Shown here piece by piece: positions 52,354 to 62,555 of a DNA stretch of 64,000 nt. Source of the DNA: Malacoraja senta. Its lineage: Eukaryota. Location: assembly GCA_038087875.1 (NCBI GenBank), contig CM075980.1, positions 79,112,001 through 79,176,000 on the forward strand, in the 5' to 3' direction. How positions within the stretch are numbered: the first letter of the stretch is position 1; each line of letters begins with the position of its first letter. The translations under genes and the position numbers were made by a program. The notes under the pieces were generated by a model that ran no database searches, had not been told where the DNA came from, and worked only from the letters and a program-made list of their open reading frames with translations.

Positions 52354-53105
52354 GATAGAACATAGGGCATAGAACATAGAACAATAGAGCACAGGAACAG
52401 GCCCTTCAGTCCATGACAGTCCATGTGCTGAACATGATGTCAAACTAAATGAATCCCTTTTGCCTCCACATGCTCCATATTCCTCCATTCTGTGCCTATT
52501 TGTGCGAGTATCTAAAAGCCTCTTTAATGCCACTACCTTATCACCTTCCACCACCACTCCTGACAGTATGTTCCAGGCACCTACAACTATCCCCCCCAAA
52601 AAACTTGCCCTACACAATACCTTTAACTTTCTCCCTCTAACCTTCAAGCTATACACTCTGCTATCTGAAATTTCCACCTGGGGAAAAAAGTATTGTCTGA
52701 CTACCCTACCTATGCCTCTCATCATTTTATAAACTTCTATCAGTTCTCCCTTCAGCTTCCGTAGCTCCAGAGAAAACAATCACCAAGTTTGCCCAACTTC
52801 TCATTATAGCTAATACCCTCTGATATGGGAGGCATCTGGAAAAAGCCTCCACATGCTTCCTGTAATGCGTCAACCAAAACTGTACAAAAATACTACAGTT
52901 GTGGCCTAACCAAAATGTTATAAAACTGCAACATGACTTCCTGAATGTTCAACCAATGAAGGCAAGCATACCATTCTTTAATATTCTATCTGCTTGAGTT
53001 GCTACCTTCAGGGAGCTATCGATTTGGACACCAAGGTCCCTCTGTACATCAATGCTGTTAAGGATTCTGCAATTAACGATATACTTTCCCATTACACTTG
53101 ACCAC
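52354..53105 (-). mobile_element. CR1 LINE 3' portion
   Basis: FSLELRKLKGELIEVYKMMRGIGRV..; tail (TTCTATG)n. Confidence 0.88.
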
Positions 53106-53134
53106 CCCCCACTCCCAACAGCACAAGCATTGCT

Positions 53135-53636
53135 TAGTTTAGTTCAGTTTTTTTAGTTTAGAGATACAGCGCGGAAACAGGCCCTTTGGCCCACTGAGTC
53201 TGTGCCAACTAGCGATCACCACATATAACAATAGACAATAGACAATAGGTGCAGGAGTAGGTCATTCGGCCCTTCGAGCCAGCACCGCCATTCAATGTGA
53301 TCATGGCTGATCATCCATAATCAGTACCCCGTTCCTGCCTTCTCCCCATATTCCTTGACTCTGCTATCTTTAAGAGCTCTATCTAACTCTCTCTTGAAAG
53401 CATCCAGAGAACCGACCTCCACCACCCTCTGAGGCAGAGAATTCCACAGACTCACAACTCTCTGTGTGAAAAAGTATTTCCTCATCTCCGTTCTAAATGG
53501 CTTACCCCTTATTCTTAAATTGTCCTACACACACAGTTTCCGTACAGACAGCATCTGTAATCGGGATCGAACCCGGGTCTCCAGAACTGAAGAGTGGTAA
53601 GGCAGCAACTCTACCGCTGCGCCACCATGCCACCCC
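53135..53636 (-). mobile_element. V-SINE interrupted by a young CR1 3' fragment (53228-53519)
   Basis: SINE tail 53135-53230, CR1 tail with (CTATTGT)n end, SINE head 53520-53636. Confidence 0.85.
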
Positions 53637-54037
53637 TTCTAGATAATGCAAAAGTAATGTATTTTCACAATCACAAAGATCATGCAATGCTGCCTGCTAA
53701 CCCTAGATCAAAATTAATAGTATTGGGTTATGTTAGACTCGAAATTAGTCATTTTAACATACTATATCTTTCAAATTTAGTAATTATTTCATATTCTACA
53801 TGCCCAATTGGGCAACGTAAGTTTTATTAAACAGTCTAAAGTAGAAAGACTTTTGTTAGTAATATCTTAATTTTCATTCTGTGCACAGGCATATTGGTTG
53901 ATATGACTCATGATGGCCAATGTTTCATCAAAAACGATACAACCTAATTATACTCAGGCCCATTTGAACAATATTTGGGCACATTACTTGAGCAGTCATG
54001 GGCAGAGTGCAGCATAGCACTCTCGCAAGCAAATCTC

Positions 54038-54841
54038 AAGTAGTAGTAGGCCCCCCTCGGTCATGACTGACCATGGGTGGTGCATCCTGGTTGTTGGCTG
54101 CCGGCTCCAAACCTCGGCTGGAGCAGCGTCGCTTGTGGCTGAAGAGACCAATGCGGGAGTGGCAAAGGTCACATTTGTGTGAGGTCTCCGGTTTGTTGAA
54201 GTTGCTGCGCTCCTTTCTGCGTGCTCGCTTGTCTGCCGCTGCGTTCGTCAGTTTCTCTTCCCCCGTTTTGAGATGTTGGTTCAGGGTACCTCTCCACCTC
54301 GTGCGGTCAGCTGCAAGGCTCTCCCAGGACTCCACATCGATGTCGAGCGCCTTCTTATCTCTCTTGCAGACATCCTTGTAACGTAGCTGGGGGCGGCCGA
54401 TGGTTCTCCTCCCAGATGTCAGCTCTCCATAGAGGATGTCTTTTGGAACACGGCCATCCTCCATGTGGTGGAAATGGCCCAGCCACCGCAGTCTGCGCTG
54501 CCTGAGTAGAGTGTACATACTGGGAAGGCCAGCGCGAGACAGGATCTCGGCGTTGGATACTCTGCCTTGCCAGGATATGCCCAGGATACGGCGGATGCTT
54601 CTCAGGTGGAAGGTGTTCAATCTTATCTCCTGCCTGGCATATGTAGTCCATGTTTCACTGCTATATAGCAGCGTGCATTGACACAGGCGTTGCAGACTGC
54701 TATCTATGTCTTCACTGTCAGCTTTGGGTTGATCCACACTCGAGTTGTGAGCCGAGCGAGAGTTGTAGCTGCCTTCCCGATCATCTTCTCAATCCCTTGG
54801 TCCAAGGAGAGGTTGTCGGTGATGGTGATGATCCCAAGTAG
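54038..54841 (-). mobile_element. 5'-truncated RTE-clade LINE (RT C-terminus, frameshifted)
   Basis: ORF 54036-54737 contains LLYSSETWT..RQRRLRWLGH..MEDGRVPKDILYGEL..GRP.LRYKD and a terminal C-x2-C...H-x3-C motif. An upstream frame gives YLG..ITDNLSLD. Ends in a short (CTA)n tail. Confidence 0.9.
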
Positions 54842-55147
54842 ATCTATTTCAATTGGGATCTCAGTTACCTCACTAGCTGATGGTTTCAGCAGGTTACAGA
54901 AGAAATGGAAGGAATGGGTCTCATCTTTGGGCCTTGAATGCTACATCATTCAAATAGTATCGTAGCTGATTTTTTCACACCTGTGCCATTTTACAGCATG
55001 AACCCAATATCTCTTGATTCTCTTTATATTAAAAGTTCACCAACTTTTGGATTATCTTTCCATGCACAGACTCCCACAGTCTGGGAATGTTTCATTTCCA
55101 TCATCTTGAATTGGGGAACTCTCCACAGCTGAGTCTGATATCAAGCT

Positions 55148-55248
55148 GAGTCTGAAGAAAGGTCTCGACCCGAAATATCACCCATTCCTTTTCTCCAGAG
55201 ATGCTGCCTGTCCCGCTGAGTTAATCCCAGCATTTTGTGACTATCCTT
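55148..55248 (+). mobile_element. Penelope-like terminal fragment
   Basis: CTGAAGA-aaggtctcgaccc-GAAATATC (stem III CG decayed to TA) plus the family tail. Confidence 0.75.
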
Positions 55249-58032
55249 GGGAGAATAACAAGCAAGGTATCAAGGCAATGAAATAGCAAAGGATTTGGAT
55301 AGATTGCCAGAATTGTTTTGGATATTAGGGACATTTGCTTTAAATTCCACCAGATATAATGCATTTATACTTTCTAAATCTGTACATAATTTCTTTGCAA
55401 TAACCAACTTGATTTTATAATCAGCTTGGAACTTGGGAATATCTGCCCTGCCCCCTATCATTCAGTTTCCTCAACCATAAAATGATTTGCTTTTCCTCTT
55501 GTCAATTTTATTACGGATTCTGTTTCACGAATGTTTTGTTATTAGCATGTAGACTAGCTGGTTCTCAGCTAGGTCTCTTAGGTAATTTTCGCTCGAACCA
55601 AAGTATTATTCCCTGTAAGTTTTAATAATCTAAGTGCAATCAAATGATTATTAATAATGTATTAACTGGAATATTGATAATGAGCAACGCCGTAAGTAAA
55701 AGAAGATTTGTTCATGCTCAGAAAAAGTCTCCTATTTTATCAGCTAACAGTAGGGAATGCACAGTAGTTTTTTCTGTAATATACCACTTTCCTTGCCTTC
55801 CTAGCATCCATATTTGTGGCTTAGACACACCAGCAATTCTTTTATTTTAAACTTGACAAATGAATCCTCTCTTGTAGGATACACTGGAATTTGGAGCAAA
55901 TGCACTGACCAGGAAATTCGCCTTTTCACTTGTAGCCTTTTGCCAGTGAAAGAAGTCGTTCATTGCAAAGAGCCCTTTCAAAAGCAAATAACAGATTTCC
56001 CATTTTTGTTAAGTCTAAATGTCAATTGAATTTGCCTGGTGGGAATGTGCGGGTTTGAGTCTGTTGCCTATTTTATCCCGAGACTGATTTACAAAGTGTT
56101 GAAATTAAAATCACCACAGGAATTAAAGTCAAATGGGGTATAAAATGGGTGTATGAATGTGCCCTCGATCTCTGTACAGTATATGTTAGGTCAATATCAG
56201 AGCTGGAGTGCAGGCTGGTTTACACGTGTTTGGAATTCAATCTTGAAAGTACAATTAATTGGTGTAAAATTTGCAAAATAAATAGCATAGTCTTTAATTA
56301 GTGTGCAATCTACAACGAGGAGACATTAGTTTGTAACGAGCTCATAAACAAGTAGGTTTAAATTAAGTTGGTTTAATCATTCTAATTATATTCCCAGTAT
56401 TCTGTTTATTCTCACTGCTCAATCTTCTCAACACTGTCCAGAATGTATGTCAAGCAGTAAAGTGAAACTACGCATCTCTTCCAAATTAGCGCGGAGAATT
56501 AGCACAAACACTAAGAAGTCAAATTTAGCTTCAATTGCACGGATGTTTTAGAGTGAGGAAATCCTGAAAGTAATGATAATGTATGTTAACTAAAATCACT
56601 TTGGGATCTTAATAACTTGAAGTAGGCTCCCATGGATCTAAATTAATTCAAAGATCTTGTGAGGTATTTTTACGCTTTGTGTGGAATTGGCTGCCAATTA
56701 TAAACCCCGTGGAGAAATTGGCTGGATTCATGCAAAGTAGATAAGGTATCAGTCCTGTCTTATCAGAAGTTTTCAAAACCAAATGTTCTGGTAGGAATAT
56801 GCCAGTCGTGGAAAGTTAGCTTTCAGTAAGTGGTGTTACAGTTGAATTCCACATACATAAATGATGACAACTTGGGGTTGGCTGTTCTGTGGTTTGTTGT
56901 GTCTGGTTTGGTTCCTACTTTGAAAGTTGCCGTTGCACTTGGTCATTTGAGGCTTGTTTTCACAGTCTGGCCATACCAGCAGGATCCCTGTGCACAGCAG
57001 GGGAACAGACAAAGCAAAGCTAAACCCATGAACAGATGAACATGTGTTATTAACAAACAATGGTAAAATATGTACCACATATTGCAGCTGTTACTTCACT
57101 GTAGTTAAAACATGTGGAAAAATGGAGTGGAAATTTGCCCTTTTTTTTGGAACTGTGGCTTGATGTTGAAACTCCCTCCATCATTCCCCAGAATTGACAT
57201 TGGCTAATTAATGGGGTGACGGTGAGGAGTAGCATAAACAAGATAACATATGTTTGAGGAAGAAAGAATTGTTGGTAAGGCTACAGATTGAAGTGTAAAT
57301 TTAGTTCCATATGGAAAGGGTAAAATCAGTACTTAAATGTCCTTCAAGAAATCACAGCTAATAATAAAGTTGCATTAGAATTGTGAATACTAATTTAGCA
57401 AAACATTTAAGTATCAGTGAGTAAACCTTGTAGATGATACCTGTTTATATATTAACTACGAAATACAGTTTTAATGTCAGTATGAGGGAGATGGGTAAAT
57501 AGTCTATGTTTACTGCATTCAGACAAGAGAATACACAAAGGATTAATTTTCAGTGAGGTACGTCATTGGGGAGTACAATCATACTGCAGAATGATGTGCA
57601 ATACCAGATTATAGACAGTTGCTCTAGTTATTTATAGTTTGGTCGACATTAGAGATCTGAATTAAATGCCTTTCCTCTAGCATTGTCAGTCATCTGTCTG
57701 GAATAGATGTCCAAACGAAAGTTTAAATTCATGTATAAATGATGAGTGGAATGACATTTTGGAAACGAAAGATGTAATCGTAGTTTTAGGCACCCACACA
57801 TCATGTTTATTTGCATTTTAAGTTTTAGTTTTATTTTCAGAAAAAAAATATGTTTCATGTGTTCCAAGTAAATGGCAAACGTTTATTTATTCTGGTCTGT
57901 TTTAGGTTTTCCCCCCACCTCAGACCTGTTGTTTTTTGTTAGTCACATTTATCACGAGGAAGTTGTGGTTTTTCGAGATATTTCCCACTTTGAGAGCCTT
58001 ATCAATAACCTGTGATTTTGTTTTTCTTTCAG

Positions 58033-58151
58033 TGCCCCGACTGAGAAGTTGCAGCTTGAATCGTTTAGAATGGTGACATTATCGACAGGGTTGGACCCCA
58101 AATTTTGATTTTTATGGAATTGAAATTTGCCAGCTGTAGAGGGGAGAAAAG
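58033..58151 (+). other. Candidate internal exon (119 nt; 5' UTR or first coding exon)
   Basis: Polypyrimidine tract plus acceptor (gattttgtttttctttcAG, ends 58032) and strong donor AAG|GTAAGA (58152). Sits in repeat-free DNA. An ATG at 58114 stays open to the donor (MELKFASCRGEK, phase 2). Confidence 0.6.
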
Positions 58152-58929
58152 GTAAGATTGATAATAAATGGCCATGTATGTGGAGGGGGAGTGAAGGGGA
58201 GGGTGGAAAATTATTTGGTTTTCTGGAAGCCAAAAACAATCTTTTAATTGTCATCGAAAATGTTTTCTATACAATCGCATAATAAGCAGCTGAATTAGTC
58301 CGTGGTCCCCTATGTGTGACTATTAACACTAAAGTTTTACTGATTATTACACATAATTAGAGGAGCTGGCAAGCTGGCAATCTCCAAGGTTAAGCTGCAC
58401 CTGGGCTCAGTTGAAGGTCTAACTTTGCTTGGCTCAAACTAAGACTTTTCGAAGACTATCTTCTCTTTGATAATTTGTACAAGGAAGACGACTGGCTGAA
58501 ATAAATATAATGCATTGACTGCGCCACATGAGAAAATATGAAATGTCTTCACACTTGATTGCTGCTCTGAGGAACATTTGTGGGAGTATCAAATAACTAA
58601 CAGGATCTGATCAGCTGTTAGATACCCTGCAAAAGTTAGGTAATGGCCCAAATTTCACTATCAACCTCGGCTCATTCGTAAAGATGGCCCAGGTCACGAG
58701 TGAGACACTGAAGCAGTTCCATCATTCCCAGAAGTGTAATTCAACAGAAGTGGAAGCTTTTGAGTATCAGAGGTGAAATGTCCAAGAGAGCCAGCGACAG
58801 ATATGTGATTCAATTTACTGCTTTTTGGAGCTCTTCCTTCATCGGTCAATTCATATCATATAACACAAGGATGGACCCTTCACCTCGCGATGGTTTCATT
58901 GACTGAGGTCATTGACTGTGACTGATACT

Positions 58930-59602
58930 CCACCATTTAACACAATCATGCCTGATTATCCACTCCAGTAGCCTGTTTCGACATAGCCTACTATAAGAAA
59001 TATCTCAACCTCATTCTCAATTAAACTTAACAACTTGCTCTCCCATTGCTCCAGAATCCTTGGGGTGGAGAATTCCATAAGTTTACCATCCTCTGGGTGA
59101 ATATTATTTTCTGATCTCAACTCTAAATGGCATATCCTGTCCCTGAGGCTTTGATCCATGGTTTCAGACATTTCAGCTATCAAGAACATCTTCCCTATAT
59201 GTAGTCCTGTTGGAATTTTATCTTTCTCTGGGATCCCCCTCCATTCCTATCTATTCCAATGAATATGCTGAATGAACCTAATTTCTCCAAAACATCAGTT
59301 CTGCCATCCCAGCCATCTTGCTCGTAAATTTCTGTTACCACATTCCTTCTGTGGTAAGAACATCGCATTGAGATAAGGAAGACAGAATTCTCTTTCTCAC
59401 AAAATTTTGGAGTTGAAATCACTAGAGGTATTTAAAAAGTAGATATTTTTTGTCGGATTAGGAATCAATGATTATGGGGAACTACAGGCAGAGGAAAGTA
59501 CGTTGAGGCCAGGGACAGATTAGCCATGATCATATTGATCATCATGCTGAGGCAGGCTACAGGAGCCAGGTGGCTTATTCCTGCTCCCATTTTCCCATGT
59601 TT
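58930..59602. mobile_element. Two degenerate CR1 fragments (58930-59340 minus; 59400-59602 plus)
   Basis: Recognisable gaattccata..ccatcctctgggtgaa and gattagccatgatcatattga..ttcctgctcccattt motifs. Confidence 0.6.
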
Positions 59603-59609
59603 TGTTTTA

Positions 59610-59790
59610 AAAACTGCACACATAAAACTCCATCCTCCCAGAACTGTACAGCTTTGTAGGTTGATTGGCCTCTGTAAATTGCCCCTAGCTTGTAGGTGAG
59701 TGGATGCAAAAAAACAATGAACTAGTGTGAATGGGTGATCGAAGGTCGAAGTGGGCCAAAGGGCATATTTCTACATTGTATCTTTCACTG
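59610..59790 (+). mobile_element. Degenerate V-SINE 3' part
   Basis: tttgtaggttgattggcctctgtaaattgcccctag...gtgggccaaagggc. Confidence 0.6.
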
Positions 59791-59977
59791 AATTTATCAA
59801 TCAAATGGGATCTAACTAAGGCACATTACAGCAGCAAGACATCCTTGCTCCTGTTCTCAAGTCCAATTGCAATGAAGATTTTTTTTTTTGCCTTTGTAAT
59901 TGCTTGCTGCAACTGAACGCTTAATCTTGGCACTTCTGTACAAGGACACCAAGGTCCCATGCTATGATCGGAGGGAA

Positions 59978-60836
59978 AAGATTCAAGAGATTCAAGTTTA
60001 CATTTATTGTCACATGCACCAATTGGTACAGCGAAATTTGGGGTCACCATACAGCCATAAGAATAAAAAAGAACAAAACACGATAGTATTTTAACATAAA
60101 CATCCCCTGCACAGCGGAATCAAAGTTTCCTACTGTGAGGGAAGGCCCAAAGTTCAGTCATCCTCCTCTTTGATGTAAACCCATGGTTGGGGCATCCCGA
60201 GCCCTCCGCAGCCCTCCGCAGTCGCCGCTACGGGTGGCCCGATGCTCAGGCCCTCTCGCTGGGATGATGGAACTCCGACGTCGGAGCGGGAGAACAACCT
60301 CAGCGGCTTGGACCTCCGAATCGGCCACTTCCTACCGGAGTCCGCGGCTCCCGAAGTCCACAGGCAGACCCACGCTGGCGGCCCTCGGCAAAGGGCCCCA
60401 GGGCACCGCGATGTTGAAGTCAGCGCCGCCCGCGCTGGAAGCTCTTCAAACCACAGCTCCGCGATGTTGTTATAGCAGGCCCAGCACTCCGGAGCTTCAA
60501 ACGGCGATCCCAGGTGAGGCATCGCCTGCTCCACGATGTTTCCAGCGCTGCGCCGCCGTTGCTGGAGCTCTGGTCCGGTCCCCGGCAGGAAAGGCCGGCC
60601 AATCCAGTTAGTAGGCCGCGAGGAGGGGGGCGAGGACGCGACTCGGAGAATAGTCGCATCCTCGCCAGGAGGCGACTGGGAGACGGTTTCCCCCTTACCC
60701 TACCCCCCTCCCCCACATAGAAAAACTAAAGAAACATCCTCAACATACTTTTAAACAAACTAAAAAAAAATGTTAAATGGAATAAACGGACAGACTGTAG
60801 GCAGAGGCAGCCTTCATGCGGCGCCCCTAGTGGCCA
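59978..60836 (-). mobile_element. CpG-rich non-autonomous retroelement with Rex/Babar-like 3' tail
   Basis: Minus-strand end gtgcatgtgacAATAAA..ttgaatctcttgaatctt; ~600-bp GC-rich body with no recognisable RT. Confidence 0.55.
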
Positions 60837-61228
60837 GAAAGAGAGCAGAAGTGAAAGTGAGCAGGTATGGGCCAGGACAGTGTGCCAGCTAAAGGAAACG
60901 ACTAAAGCATTTGGTAACAATGGATGAACCTTTTACACATAAATACACAACCATTCCTGTAAGAAATTTCAGTTTAATTTTCACATTTCTGAATGAAGCT
61001 AAATAATCAAAAGTGGAACTCGGAATGACAATGAAACAAAAACTTAAACATTGATAATTCAGTAGCACTCTGAATATATTCCCACTTACCACAATCACTC
61101 ACATATATGATTATTATTTTGACCACTTTACTTATTTCTTAGTTATTATCTTAGTTATTTTGCAGCTAATGAAGAAAATTAGACCATAAGTACTAATTGT
61201 GCAACTAAGTAGCTGTGTTATGAGGAAG

Positions 61229-61329
61229 AAGTCTGAAGAAGGGTTTCGACCCGAAACGTTATCTATTCCATTTCTCCTGGAGATGCTGTGTGTGACCCGC
61301 TGAGTTACTTCAGCTTTTTGTGTCTATCT
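61229..61329 (+). mobile_element. Penelope-like terminal fragment with intact hammerhead core (61233-61260)
   Basis: CTGAAGA-A-GGGT(ttcg)ACCC-GAAACGTT plus tail; possible TGTTATGA duplication on both flanks. Confidence 0.75.
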
Positions 61330-61424
61330 GGCTTTTGTTATGATGTGATATGCGTAGGGTTTAAATTTCAGCAAGTTGAAATTTTGTTTTATTTTTACTG
61401 TGGTAATCTTTTGCTGTTAATTAA

Positions 61425-62006
61425 AGGCCTGTCTCACGAGTCTGCGGTCATTGGCGGCGAAACGGGAAGAATCTACCGCTCCTGGGCCGCCATAGACCGC
61501 GCACTCGGTCAAACGCACAATTCCGGGGCCGTGCGGCGTTGTTCCCAACACCGCACGGTGCTAAAATAAAACCAACACTGTTCAAAAATATGTCCCTACC
61601 GCACAGCCTCCGCCAGTGAGGCACGAGTGCGGCACGGCCGCCACCACAGCCGCCGCCATTGTGGCTCGAGCGCCATGCATCGAACTTGCACCGCCACAGC
61701 CTCCGCCAGTGAGGCACGACCGCCGGCACGGCCGCCGCCACAGCCACCGCTACAGCGCCGCGATCAGGACGGCCGCCGCCACTGCCCCGCAGATCCAAAA
61801 TGACGTCATCGCAGTCGGCCCGCCCTTTTTTTTTACTTACCGCAAGCACGTGGGACCAGCCGTATTTAAATCACTCGGCCCCCGCGCAGCATCCGTGCGG
61901 CGCTCCCGTGGCATAGGCTCGGCGCTCTCGCCGTTGCCGTGCGGTCCACTCTACGGGCGAAGCCGCGCTTCACAGCCGATGACCGCAACACCGTAAGACA
62001 GAGCCT
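61425..62006. mobile_element. GC-rich Harbinger-like non-autonomous DNA transposon
   Basis: Imperfect ~30-bp TIRs (aggcctgtctcacgagtctgcggtcattggc / gccgatgaccgcaacaccgtaagacagagcct), TAA/TTA flanks, internal direct repeat cacagcctccgccagtgaggcacga. Confidence 0.7.
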
Positions 62007-62405
62007 TTACTGTCCCCCAAGAATGGAAGTAGAAGAGATACAGTGTGACTACACAGGTGACCCGCCGTCTTGATAAAGAGTCACACAGTTGCCTATTCCT
62101 TGAGCTGGTCTCTCACGCACGAGTGGCTTGAATATATTCATGGGTTGGCTGCATTGGGGAACAGTGTTCATTGCTCATTCATATTGGTGCATGATTTGAT
62201 GTGGATGGCAAAAGTCTATGATCTAAACAGCAGAAGAAGTGTGCCTCAAAGGCCATATTTTTTGTGAGTAAAGAAAGAGTCATATGTCCCAGATAGAACA
62301 ATGAAATTCTTACTTGCAGCAACACAACAGGATATGTAAACATAGTACACTGTAAACAATATGATAAAGTTCAGTGTGTGTTTATATACACATACTCACC
62401 AATAC

Positions 62406-62555
62406 AGACGCAAAAAATTGGTGTAGCTCAGCTGGACAGGCAGCATCTCTGAAGAAGGATCTTGACCCGATTCGTCACCCATTCCTTCTCGCCAGAGATG
62501 CTGCCTGTCCAGCTGAGTTACACCAGCTTTTTGTGTCTATCTTCGGTTTAAACCA
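62406..62555. mobile_element. Fold-back Penelope-like element nested in a Rex/Babar-like tail
   Basis: Inverted arms around ctgaagaaggatcttgacccgattcgtc (GAAA box mutated). Confidence 0.75.

Noticed and set aside
5741-58151. Naming the host gene (SoxD, FoxP or similar large regulators were considered)
   Set aside because: No recognisable coding exon in the window; the architecture alone is not diagnostic.
60818-60836. CTCF site (tggccactaggggcgccgc on minus)
   Set aside because: One G short of the core consensus spacing and located at a repeat end; not supportable.
60154-61996. Overlapping 98-142 aa ORFs on both strands
   Set aside because: Expected from GC-rich, stop-poor repeat DNA; no recognisable domain.
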